A stretch of 64,000 bases of DNA from Cyclobacteriaceae bacterium (GTDB taxonomy: Bacteria > Bacteroidota > Bacteroidia > Cytophagales > Cyclobacteriaceae): NCBI GenBank assembly GCA_965267435.1, contig OZ253960.1, positions 4,368,505-4,432,504 of the forward strand, read 5' to 3'. Positions within the stretch are counted from its first letter, which is position 1. Every line of letters starts with the position of its first letter. Under the pieces are notes generated by a model. The model made no database searches, was not told the DNA's origin, and saw nothing but the letters and a program-made list of their open reading frames with translations. A program made the position numbers and the translations under genes. Shown here in pieces: positions 40,858 to 49,350 of this stretch.

Positions 40858-40887
40858 GAGTTGATAGGTTGAGGAGTTGATAAGTTG
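40858..40887 (+). repeat. 16-nt-period tandem direct repeat just after the cysS stop
   Basis: GAGTTGATAGGTTG (40858-40871) and GAGTTGATAAGTTG (40874-40887) match at 13 of 14 positions. Confidence 0.6.
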
Positions 40888-40894
40888 TTCCCCT

Positions 40895-41165
40895 CATCGC
40901 CAAGTGGAGCGAAAACCAGGCGTACATCTCTGACGGCGGCGAATTCAAGGGTCCTTAAGTGTTTGAGTTACGAGTTTTGGCCATGCGCCATGTCGGTGTC
41001 CTCACCGACCAGGATCAAACGTGCCAAGTTGGGTAGCGGCAGACCCGCTTAGCGCCGGTCTGACGAGAGGATCGCCTGAAGTAGAGACGCGACCATTTCG
41101 GACTCTTTTAGAAAATAGTACAGTCTCACTTCAGGGCGAGGCGTTGGGGCGCCTCCACTTAGCAG
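40895..41165. ncRNA. candidate structured RNA of unknown class (strand undetermined)
   Basis: Lies in a convergent spacer with no credible ORF. Nested helices: 40902-40909/41153-41160; 40992-40998/41003-41009; 41040-41045/41057-41062; and 41073-41088/41123-41138 (15 bp). By eye there is no match to RNase P, tmRNA, SRP or 6S signatures. Confidence 0.3.
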
Positions 41166-41229
41166 CTTCCACACCCAAGGGCGTCTAAAAATATTTGTCA
41201 GGATCGAGAAACAACCAACTAAGATCCAC

Positions 41230-41250
41230 AAAAAAAGGGGCCGAAGCCCC
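41230..41250 (-). terminator. intrinsic terminator of hpf
   Basis: The minus strand reads GGGGC-uucg-GCCCC followed by UUUUUUU, 26 nt after the hpf stop. Confidence 0.8.
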
Positions 41251-41275
41251 TCCATTTCTATTTCACTCTTGCCGA

Positions 41276-41575
41276 TTAATAGACGACATTTTTGGCTTTG
41301 TACTTCTTCAGTTGTCGTCTCAATGCTTCTACAGCCTCATCCGTCGCTGCTTCAAAGGATTTCGACTTGGTCCGTGCGAAAAGTTGGTCACCAGGTATAT
41401 TCAGTTTTATTTCAATGATCTTGTTTTGACGATTGTCATCCTTGTCGAGGCGCATGAAAACCTCTCCATCAACTATGCGGTCGTAAAACGTTTCGAGCTT
41501 ATCAGTTTTTCTTTGGATGAATTCTACCAACTTGGAATCTGCGTCGAAATGAATTGAATGCATCTGCAGTTTCAT
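41276..41575 (-). CDS. hpf: ribosome hibernation/translation inhibitor protein (short HPF/RaiA)
   Basis: MKLQMHSIHFDADSKLVEFIQRKTDKLETFYDRIVDGEVFM fits the S30AE/YfiA fold, 99 aa. The track ORF is trimmed to the ATG at 41575. Confidence 0.9.
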   Translation of the reverse strand: MKLQMHSIHFDADSKLVEFIQRKTDKLETFYDRIVDGEVFMRLDKDDNRQNKIIEIKLNIPGDQLFARTKSKSFEAATDEAVEALRRQLKKYKAKNVVY

Positions 41576-41603
41576 GACTTGTAATGGTTTAAACGTGTAA
41601 CAA

Positions 41604-42485
41604 TTAGGCCTTCGGATGCGCTTGATCAAAGGCCGATTTAAGTTTCTCAAGGGAGTTGTGGGTGTATACCTGGGTGGCCGCCAAGCTGGAATGGCCCAGC
41701 AAGTCTTTGACGGCATTGAGATCCGCCCCTTTCTCCAATAAGTGTGTCGCAAAAGTGTGCCTCAGAACGTGAGGGCTTTTCTTCGTCAAGGTACTGACCA
41801 GTGTCACGTATCTCTTGACGGTACGGTAAACAAACATCGGATATAGCATATCACCTTTGTCTGTGAGCAAGAGGTAGTCTCCTGCATCGGGGAACTCCGC
41901 TGACCTCAAAGGGAGGTAGCTCTTTATGACTTTAACGATAAAGGTAGGGATCGGGATGATTCTCTCCTTGTTTCTCTTACCTAAAACCTTGATCGTCTGA
42001 TCAAACTCATTAATGTCGCTGATTTTTAGGCCTATCAACTCTGAGAGGCGCATCCCTGAGGCATAGAGCAGCTCCAAAAGCAACTTGTCGCGCATATCAC
42101 TGAAAGTGTGAGCGTCGAAGTCGATATGATCCAGGAGATCAATGACTTCCGACTCTCTCAAGAAAGTGGGTAGTCGCTTCTCGACTTTGAGGGGTCGCAA
42201 CCGCGTGGCAGGATTGTCTTCTATGACGTCCCGTACGCGCAGAAATTTGTAAAACGACTTGAGACAGGCAATCTTTCGATTGACCGATGTGGGCGACAGG
42301 CCTTTCTGAACGAGATCTACCACCCATGCGCGGAGATGCACATGACTGGCTTCTTCAGGTGAAGAAATCTCAAAGGTCTGAGAAAGGAATAAAGTAAGTT
42401 GATTGAGATCTTCCTGATATGCGGCCACAGTATGCCTACTGCTGCGCTTCTCAAATTCTAAGTATTTCAGGAAGTTGGATAACAC
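41604..42485 (-). CDS. tyrosine recombinase, XerC/XerD-like
   Basis: GTG start. SAM-like N-domain (FLKYLEFEKRSSRHTVAAYQEDL) and catalytic RLSEL, LRHTFATHL and GHSSLAATQVYTH. Confidence 0.88.
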   Translation of the reverse strand: MLSNFLKYLEFEKRSSRHTVAAYQEDLNQLTLFLSQTFEISSPEEASHVHLRAWVVDLVQKGLSPTSVNRKIACLKSFYKFLRVRDVIEDNPATRLRPLKVEKRLPTFLRESEVIDLLDHIDFDAHTFSDMRDKLLLELLYASGMRLSELIGLKISDINEFDQTIKVLGKRNKERIIPIPTFIVKVIKSYLPLRSAEFPDAGDYLLLTDKGDMLYPMFVYRTVKRYVTLVSTLTKKSPHVLRHTFATHLLEKGADLNAVKDLLGHSSLAATQVYTHNSLEKLKSAFDQAHPKA

Positions 42486-42553
42486 TCGTTAGCCTTTACA
42501 ATTGGGTAAAGACTAACATAAGAAATTTTCGAATAAAACGCCTGACCGGTGGA

Positions 42554-42748
42554 CTATTTATTGTCCTGATCCTGCATCTTTTGTCGGTAAGCCGCACGAA
42601 TGATCTCGTGACGTCTCTTTACAGAAGGCTTTGTGTAAGACGTACGCGATCTCAATTCTTTGAGTACACCGGTTTTCTCAAATTTCTTCTTGAATCGCTT
42701 GAGGGCCTTGTCGATGGATTCGTTCTCTTTTACGTTGATTACAATCAT
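42554..42748 (-). CDS. rpsU: 30S ribosomal protein S21
   Basis: MIVINVKENESIDKALKRFKKKFEKTGVLKELRSR is canonical S21. Confidence 0.96.
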   Translation of the reverse strand: MIVINVKENESIDKALKRFKKKFEKTGVLKELRSRTSYTKPSVKRRHEIIRAAYRQKMQDQDNK

Positions 42749-42770
42749 GTAAAAACTTTATTTAGGGCCG

Positions 42771-42778
42771 CAAAGATA
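42771..42778 (-). promoter_or_regulatory. Bacteroidota -7 promoter box (TATCTTTG on the minus strand) upstream of rpsU
   Basis: Exact TAnnTTTG match, 22 nt before the rpsU ATG at 42748. Confidence 0.45.
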
Positions 42779-42815
42779 GGGAGACTCTATAAAAACTAAA
42801 AGAAATCACGAAAGC

Positions 42816-43973
42816 TTATCGAAGAAGCGATCGCGAAATCACGACCTTTTGTATCTCAGAGGTGCCTTCACCTATGGTGCAAAGCTTGGCGTCTCTATAG
42901 AATTTCTCAGCAGGATAATCTTTCGTAAACCCATAGCCACCAAAAATTTGGACGGCCTCATTGGCCAGGTCGACAGCGGCCTCGCTCGCGAAAAGTTTGG
43001 CCATCGCACCGGTAGTATTAACATCACCTCCGGTATTCTTCATTTCAGCTGCCTGATAGGTCAGCAATTTCGCAGCATGCAGCCGGGTCGCCATATCAGC
43101 GAGCTTGAATGAGATACCCTGAAACTGGGAGATCGGCTTACCAAACTGCTCTCTTTCCTTGGAATAGGCGATGGATATATCGAGTGAGCCCTCAGCCACC
43201 CCGCAGCTGAGTGCCGCGATCGAGATCCGACCACCATCCAGCACTTGCAATGACTGACGGAATCCCGCCCCTACCTCACCCATGAGGTTCTCCTCCGGTA
43301 CTCGGCAGTTTTCAAAGATCATCTCCGCGGTCTCGGAACTCCTCATGCCTAGCTTGTTTTCTTTGCGCCCTCCCGAAAAACCAGGTGTGCCACGCTCCAC
43401 AATGAAGGCGGAGGCATTGCCCCTTTGATTGGGCTCGCCTGTGCGTGCTACGACTACTGCCACATCACCAGACCTGCCATGGGTGATGAAGTTCTTCGCG
43501 CCATTGATTACCCACTCATTGCCATCTTTGACCGCAGTGGTTTTCATATTGCCTGCATCCGAACCGGTGTTGGGCTCTGTGAGGCCCCAAGCACCCAGCC
43601 ATTCCCCAGAAGCCAGCTTCGGCAGGTATTTCATTTTTTGTTCGTGGCTCCCGTGGTAGTAGATATGCCCGGTGCAGAGAGAGTTGTGTGCAGCCAAAGA
43701 CAACCCGATAGATGGATCGCACTTCGACAGCTCAATGATCGCCGCAACATATTCGTGGTAGCCGAAGCCGGACCCCCCATATTCCTCAGGTACGAATATC
43801 CCCATGAGGCCGAGCTCGCCCATCTTATAAAAGAGTTCTCTAGGAAAATGCTGGTCCTCGTCCCACTGCATCTTGTGGGGCTCGATCTCCCGGGCAGCAA
43901 AATCTCGGATCATCTGCTGGATCATCCGCTTGTTCTCTTCAATCATTTCGGGGGTGTGCTGTGTTGCGATCAT
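42816..43973 (-). CDS. acyl-CoA dehydrogenase
   Basis: [11 protein letters not shown] and a C-terminal [10 protein letters not shown]; 385 aa, short/branched-chain ACAD-like. Confidence 0.93.
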   Translation of the reverse strand: MIATQHTPEMIEENKRMIQQMIRDFAAREIEPHKMQWDEDQHFPRELFYKMGELGLMGIFVPEEYGGSGFGYHEYVAAIIELSKCDPSIGLSLAAHNSLCTGHIYYHGSHEQKMKYLPKLASGEWLGAWGLTEPNTGSDAGNMKTTAVKDGNEWVINGAKNFITHGRSGDVAVVVARTGEPNQRGNASAFIVERGTPGFSGGRKENKLGMRSSETAEMIFENCRVPEENLMGEVGAGFRQSLQVLDGGRISIAALSCGVAEGSLDISIAYSKEREQFGKPISQFQGISFKLADMATRLHAAKLLTYQAAEMKNTGGDVNTTGAMAKLFASEAAVDLANEAVQIFGGYGFTKDYPAEKFYRDAKLCTIGEGTSEIQKVVISRSLLR

Positions 43974-44005
43974 GTAATGGGGTGTTTCGCTTGTATTTGC
44001 CTTAA

Positions 44006-44013
44006 CAAAGATA
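44006..44013 (-). promoter_or_regulatory. Bacteroidota -7 promoter box (TATCTTTG on the minus strand) upstream of the acyl-CoA dehydrogenase
   Basis: Exact TAnnTTTG match, 32 nt before the ATG at 43973. Confidence 0.4.
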
Positions 44014-44085
44014 ATTCTAAATGCCTGTATAATGTTCTACGTAGCATGCCGGTTCACCGCCGAAAATTACCGGGAGACCGATATT

Positions 44086-44886
44086 TTATTTGGTATCGTT
44101 GAGTGACCAGTCGTATTCCTTGTAGTTAATCTCTCCACCTTCGTCGAGGGGTTCGAGGGCAAACCTATTGATGTATTCACGAAGGGTGCTGTGCCGGGTG
44201 AAGTCCGCCTGCCACCATTTGAAAAGCTTGGAAAGCTCGGCAGACTGACTGGTCACTTCATTGCGGAAGGGGTCATTCATGAAATCCATGGCTTGCTCCT
44301 GCAACTGTCGGTCGATGAGTTCTCCTGTGTAGGCTTCTCTTCTCAATTTTGGACAGGACAGCGAGGCGCAGTTGATGGCGAAGTGTATTCGGGGTTCGTC
44401 AAACACCTTCCTCAATATATTGTGCTCGACATTATTGAGGTCATACTTCTCACCGTCTATCTCGATGAGTTTGAGGTCCCAGGGGGTATTGACAAACGGC
44501 ACCTGGATGGTGGAGCCTATGTCCTTGATACTGACAACTGGATAATACTCCAATATCAGGTCAATAGTGAAGGCATTGTACACATTGATCCAATAGGCCA
44601 ATTTATCACCTGATGTCCACGTCTGATCATTGGGTGGATTGCTTGTGAGCAGCTCAAGGTACTCTTGCAGCTTTCCCCGTTCGTTACGGAACGCCTCGTA
44701 ATCAACCATCCCTTCATCATCGACATATTTGGCCAATAGTTCGTCAAAAAGCTCATGAGAAACCGGTGTGGTACCCTTCTTTTGCGGGTCCAGAGACGAA
44801 CAGCCTGCTACGGTGACAACAAGAAAAAAAGCCAGCATTAACTGCGCCATACCACGGGGCTTTCTTTTTATTTCCGAATAAGCCAT
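44086..44886 (-). CDS. DUF547 domain-containing lipoprotein
   Basis: WINVYNAFTIDLILEYYP and HFAINCASLSCPKL are DUF547 hallmarks. Lipobox VTVAGC. The start is uncertain: ATG at 44886 or at 44850. Confidence 0.8.
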   Translation of the reverse strand: MAYSEIKRKPRGMAQLMLAFFLVVTVAGCSSLDPQKKGTTPVSHELFDELLAKYVDDEGMVDYEAFRNERGKLQEYLELLTSNPPNDQTWTSGDKLAYWINVYNAFTIDLILEYYPVVSIKDIGSTIQVPFVNTPWDLKLIEIDGEKYDLNNVEHNILRKVFDEPRIHFAINCASLSCPKLRREAYTGELIDRQLQEQAMDFMNDPFRNEVTSQSAELSKLFKWWQADFTRHSTLREYINRFALEPLDEGGEINYKEYDWSLNDTK

Positions 44887-45004
44887 TATTTTACGGGTTG
44901 CTAGAAACTGTATGAGATTCCTGTCCCAATGGAACGTAGACGAGCGTCCGGCGATTGGCTGAGATGATTGGTTTTGTTTTGCGCGGGACATTGCGGACAA
45001 GACT

Positions 45005-46942
45005 ATGGAAATAATATTAGAACACCAACAGACGATCTCCCTACTGCTTGGGTTCCTGATTATTGCCATATCGTCCAATCAGATCGCCAAGGTTTTTCAG
45101 CGCATCAATCTTCCCCTGATCACTGGGCTCATCTTCACCGGCATCATCGCCGGCCCCTATTTGCTAGGGTTGATTCCACTGGAGGCCCCTGGCAAGCTTT
45201 CCTTCATTAATGAGACGGCACTGGCTTTCATCGCGTTCGCGGCCGGATCGGAGCTTTACCTGCGCGAGCTGAGGAGCAGAATCAACAGCATCAAGTGGAA
45301 TACCTTCGGGCAGCTTGTTGTCACCTTCTTCCTGGGCAGCATCATGCTCTACGTGCTGGCCGATTATATCCCGTTCCTTGCGGACCAGCCAGCCATTGCT
45401 AAGGCATCTATTTGTACGATAACGGCAGCGGTATTTGTTGCCCGTTCTCCGGCGTCAGCAATTGCCGTGATCAATGAGCTTCGCGCAAAAGGGCCCTTCA
45501 CTCAGACGGTGATGGGCGTGACCGTACTTAAGGACTTTCTCGTCATTGTTGTATTCTCCGTATGCCTCTCCGTTGGACAGAGCCTCATCTCTGGAAAGGA
45601 ATTTAGTGGTATGTCAGTGTTGTTCCTGATCCTTGAGCTGATCATTTCGGTGCTCCTGGGTTTCTATGGATTTGGCTGGCTGCTGAAGTTCACACTGTCA
45701 CTGAAGATTCGACGGCTGGCAAAGATCATCCTTGTACTCCTGGTAGGTTATGGGGCATATGCCTTGTCTGGTGCCGTGAAGACTCATTCCGAAGCTTTGG
45801 TACACCATCGCATTTTTCTGGAACCTTTGCTGATGTGTATTCTCGCGAGCTTTCAGGTGACGAACTATTCCCGTTACCGACCAGAGTTTCTAAAGATCTT
45901 ACACGACATCAATATTCCTATCTATGTCGCCTTCTTCACTCTTACTGGTGCTTCGCTTTCTATTAATGTACTGGGGGATGTGCTGGGCGTGGCCTTGATC
46001 CTCTTTCTGATCAGGATCGTTACGATGGTAATAGGTGGCTACGTGGGTGGGACGCTGGCCAAAGATCCTGCGAAGTTTAACCACGTGGGTTGGATGCCAT
46101 ACATCACTCAAGCGGGAGTGGCCCTTGGCCTGGCCACGGTGGTAGCCACGGAATTTCCCGATTGGGGGCCGCAATTTGCCACCGTGATTGTAGCGCTGAT
46201 CGTCCTCAACCAATTTGTGGGACCCCCCTTGTTCAAATGGGCCATATTCCAGGTGGGAGAGGATCGCGTCAAAGCCACAAAGCAGGGCTATGACGGTATC
46301 AACGACGCGCTGATCGTCGGCTACGAAAGCCAGTCGCTGGCACTGGCCCGTCAGCTAAAGGAAAATGGATGGGAGGTGAAAATTGCTTCCAGAAAAGAGA
46401 AAGGAAGCTTCGCCGAACCAGAAGACATTCCCATCGCCTATTTCACAGAGATAAGTACGGACCAGTTCGACGAACTTGAGATGCGGAAGGTAGATGCGTT
46501 GATCTGCATGCTCTCGGATGAAGAGAACCTGGAAATCTGCGAATTAGCATATCACGAATACGGGACCAATGACCTGGTGGTGCGACTCAACCATCGCTTC
46601 AATTCAAACAAATTCCTGCAACTGGATGCGATCATCGTAGATCCTTCCACTGCCATTGTGAGCTTGATGGATCACCTCGTCAGATCACCACAGGCGACAT
46701 CCCTGCTGCTGGGTATGGAGCAAGGCCAGGATACGCGAGATATCAAACTCACCAACAGCGCCCTTCACGGTCTTCCGTTGCGCGACTTGCGGCTGCCAAG
46801 TGATATCATCATCCTATCCATCTCACGGGGTGGGCAATCGATCATCAGTCATGGATATACCAGGCTCCGCATCAACGACATCGTCACGGTTGTCGGGTCG
46901 GTCGAGAGCCTCGACAAGGTGCAATTCAAATTTGATCGGTAG
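45005..46942 (+). CDS. cation:proton antiporter with C-terminal RCK (TrkA-N/TrkA-C-like) domains
   Basis: About 400 aa of Na+/H+-exchanger-type TM region, then a Rossmann-like segment (ALIVGYESQSLALARQLKENGWEV) and a TrkA-C-like end (LRLPSDIIILSISRGG...INDIVTVVG). Confidence 0.85.
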   Translation: MEIILEHQQTISLLLGFLIIAISSNQIAKVFQRINLPLITGLIFTGIIAGPYLLGLIPLEAPGKLSFINETALAFIAFAAGSELYLRELRSRINSIKWNTFGQLVVTFFLGSIMLYVLADYIPFLADQPAIAKASICTITAAVFVARSPASAIAVINELRAKGPFTQTVMGVTVLKDFLVIVVFSVCLSVGQSLISGKEFSGMSVLFLILELIISVLLGFYGFGWLLKFTLSLKIRRLAKIILVLLVGYGAYALSGAVKTHSEALVHHRIFLEPLLMCILASFQVTNYSRYRPEFLKILHDINIPIYVAFFTLTGASLSINVLGDVLGVALILFLIRIVTMVIGGYVGGTLAKDPAKFNHVGWMPYITQAGVALGLATVVATEFPDWGPQFATVIVALIVLNQFVGPPLFKWAIFQVGEDRVKATKQGYDGINDALIVGYESQSLALARQLKENGWEVKIASRKEKGSFAEPEDIPIAYFTEISTDQFDELEMRKVDALICMLSDEENLEICELAYHEYGTNDLVVRLNHRFNSNKFLQLDAIIVDPSTAIVSLMDHLVRSPQATSLLLGMEQGQDTRDIKLTNSALHGLPLRDLRLPSDIIILSISRGGQSIISHGYTRLRINDIVTVVGSVESLDKVQFKFDR

Positions 46943-47005
46943 CGACTAGCTTTCGCTGACGTTTTTATTATCTCGCTGCCCTCTATAAACTTTTGGCGAT
47001 ACTTC

Positions 47006-47013
47006 TATTTTTG
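47006..47013 (+). promoter_or_regulatory. Bacteroidota -7 promoter box (TATTTTTG) only 4 nt before the glyQS ATG
   Basis: Exact TAnnTTTG match at 47006-47013; the ATG is at 47018. Confidence 0.35.
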
Positions 47014-47017
47014 CGCC

Positions 47018-48565
47018 ATGGCAAAATTGGACGAGGCTGCGACACTCAAAAATGTAGCAGGACACTGCAAGGAATACGGTTTTATATTCCCATCTAGTGA
47101 GATATACGATGGCTTGAGCGCCACATACGATTATGGGCCCAATGGCTCGGAGTTGAAAAACAACATCAAAAACTACTGGTGGCAAGCGATGACGCGAATG
47201 CATGCCAACATCGTAGGAATAGATGCGGCCATCTTCATGCACCCTACCACCTGGAAAGCCTCGGGACACGTCGACGCCTTCAACGACCCATTGATCGACA
47301 ACAAGGATTCCAAGAAAAGATATCGTGCCGACCAAATGGTCGAGGAACAGATCGCCAAGATCGAAACCAAGATCAATAAGGAGGTGACCAAGGCTGCCAA
47401 GCGGTTTGGGGAGGACTTCAATGAAGAACAGTTCCTCACAACTAACCCCCGCGTAGTAGGCTACAAAGAGCAAATTGCTCAAATCGAAAGTCGTCTGAAG
47501 GCCGCGCTGGACGGTGGCGATTTGGGGGACTTGAAGGCCCTGATCGAAGAATTGGGGATCGCCGATCCCGTATCCGGTTCGAAGAACTGGACCGATGTCC
47601 GCCAGTTTAACCTCATGTTCTCTACAGAAATGGGGTCAGTGGCCGGGGAGGCCGGAAAGATTTATCTACGACCAGAAACGGCGCAAGGAATCTTCGTCAA
47701 CTATTCTAATGTGCAAAAGTCTGCCAGGATGCGGCTGCCATTCGGTATCGCACAGATTGGCAAAGCCTTTAGAAATGAGATCATCGCCCGTCAGTTCATC
47801 TTCCGAATGCGAGAATTTGAGCAAATGGAGATGCAATTCTTTGTCAAGCCTGGGGATGAGATGAAGTGGTATGAGCACTGGAAAGAAACGCGCATGAAGT
47901 GGCACCAGGCGTTGGGCTTGGGCGATGAAAACTACCGCTTCCACGACCATTTGAATTTGGCGCACTATGCCAACGCAGCCTGCGACATTGAGTTTCACTT
48001 CCCAATGGGCTTCAAGGAGCTGGAAGGCATCCACTCCCGAACTGATTTTGATCTATCGTCGCATGAGCAGCACTCAGGCAAAAAGCTGCAGTTTTTCGAC
48101 AACGAAACCAACGAGAGCTATGTGCCCTACGTGGTGGAGACATCTATCGGCCTTGACAGGATGTTTTTGGCCATTATGAGCGCTTCCTATAAGGAGGAGA
48201 AATTAGAGGACGGCAGTGAGCGGACAGTGTTGGCATTGCCTCCGGCTCTGGCTCCCAATAAAATTGCCGTGCTCCCGCTTCTCAATAAGGATGGACTGCC
48301 GGAAATCAGCCAGAAGATCGTGGATGAGCTGAAGATTGATTTCCCCTTGCAATATGATGCGAAAGACGCCATAGGCAAGAGGTACCGACGACAGGATGCC
48401 ATTGGTACACCATTCTGTGTGACGGTCGATCACCAGACGAAGGAGGATGAGACAGTCACCATCAGGGAAAGGGACAGCATGCAGCAGCAGCGTGTTCCCA
48501 TCAGTTCCTTGTATGAGACGCTCGACAAAGAAGTCAGCCTCCGTCATCTTCTGAAGAAACTGTAG
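47018..48565 (+). CDS. glyQS: glycine--tRNA ligase (homodimeric type)
   Basis: GFIFPSSEIYDGL, YLRPETAQGIF, FRNEI and ETSIGLDR class II motifs, plus a C-terminal anticodon-binding domain. Confidence 0.96.
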   Translation: MAKLDEAATLKNVAGHCKEYGFIFPSSEIYDGLSATYDYGPNGSELKNNIKNYWWQAMTRMHANIVGIDAAIFMHPTTWKASGHVDAFNDPLIDNKDSKKRYRADQMVEEQIAKIETKINKEVTKAAKRFGEDFNEEQFLTTNPRVVGYKEQIAQIESRLKAALDGGDLGDLKALIEELGIADPVSGSKNWTDVRQFNLMFSTEMGSVAGEAGKIYLRPETAQGIFVNYSNVQKSARMRLPFGIAQIGKAFRNEIIARQFIFRMREFEQMEMQFFVKPGDEMKWYEHWKETRMKWHQALGLGDENYRFHDHLNLAHYANAACDIEFHFPMGFKELEGIHSRTDFDLSSHEQHSGKKLQFFDNETNESYVPYVVETSIGLDRMFLAIMSASYKEEKLEDGSERTVLALPPALAPNKIAVLPLLNKDGLPEISQKIVDELKIDFPLQYDAKDAIGKRYRRQDAIGTPFCVTVDHQTKEDETVTIRERDSMQQQRVPISSLYETLDKEVSLRHLLKKL

Positions 48566-48569
48566 TCTT

Positions 48570-49337
48570 TTGCTGGGCCTCCTCTTCGTCGCAGCAATAG
48601 GTGCATTCGTACTGATATCGGTAACCAAACTGACGCAGCTTGCCCCAAGATTTGTTAAGCATACGTTATCGACAAGGCAAAAGCAGTACTTAGGCAAATA
48701 CTCCCGCTACTATCAGAAGCTATTGCCTGCTCAACAGTTGCACTTTGAAGGGCGCGTCGCCAGCTTCATCGCTGACAAGACGTTTGTACCTAGAAATTTT
48801 GACGTGGTCACTGACGAAATGAAGGTGCTGATAGCGGCTACTGCTATACAGCTCACTTTTGGGTTGCGCGTGCGAATGAAGCACTTCAGATACATCGTCA
48901 TCTATCCACAGAAGTACTATAGTCTGCACAATCGACAATTCCACCATGGGGAGGTCAATCCCGGGAAGAATGCTATTGTCCTTTCCTGGGAGCACTTCGT
49001 GGAGACCATGGCCTTCGACGACGGCCGAAATCTGGGCCTGCATGAAATGGCCCATGCACTGGAACTGGAGAATATGATCCGAAATGGAGAACAAGACTTC
49101 TTTGATCGGGATGTTTTAATCAAGTGGTCACGTGAAGTGGCCGACGAAATCGGCAGGATGAGAGAGGGTAGTGCCACTTTTTTCAGGGAATATGCCGCCA
49201 CCGATCACCACGAGTTTTTTGCCACTGCGGTCGAAGTATTCTTCGAGCAGCCGGACTCCTTACGGGAGCACAACCGCCGCCTGTACTATTTGCTTTGCGT
49301 GCTGCTTAATCAAAATCCACTTTTATTGAATCGATGA
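48570..49337 (+). CDS. zinc-dependent peptidase, MtfA/M90-like
   Basis: HEMAHALE zinc motif and DHHEFFATAVEVFFEQP; N-terminal TM helix. TTG start taken from the track. Confidence 0.8.
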   Translation: MLGLLFVAAIGAFVLISVTKLTQLAPRFVKHTLSTRQKQYLGKYSRYYQKLLPAQQLHFEGRVASFIADKTFVPRNFDVVTDEMKVLIAATAIQLTFGLRVRMKHFRYIVIYPQKYYSLHNRQFHHGEVNPGKNAIVLSWEHFVETMAFDDGRNLGLHEMAHALELENMIRNGEQDFFDRDVLIKWSREVADEIGRMREGSATFFREYAATDHHEFFATAVEVFFEQPDSLREHNRRLYYLLCVLLNQNPLLLNR

Positions 49338-49350
49338 ACCACTTACGCGC

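Noticed and set aside
41060-41067. A CUGACGAG motif resembling the hammerhead ribozyme CUGANGA core inside the cysS-hpf spacer.
   Set aside because: The helix that follows is not succeeded by the obligatory GAAA element, and no suitable stem I/III and cleavage-site context is visible.
41604-42485. The tyrosine recombinase as a marker of an integrated mobile element.
   Set aside because: There are no flanking direct repeats, tRNA target, cargo genes or compositional shift. It is embedded in a translation-related operon.
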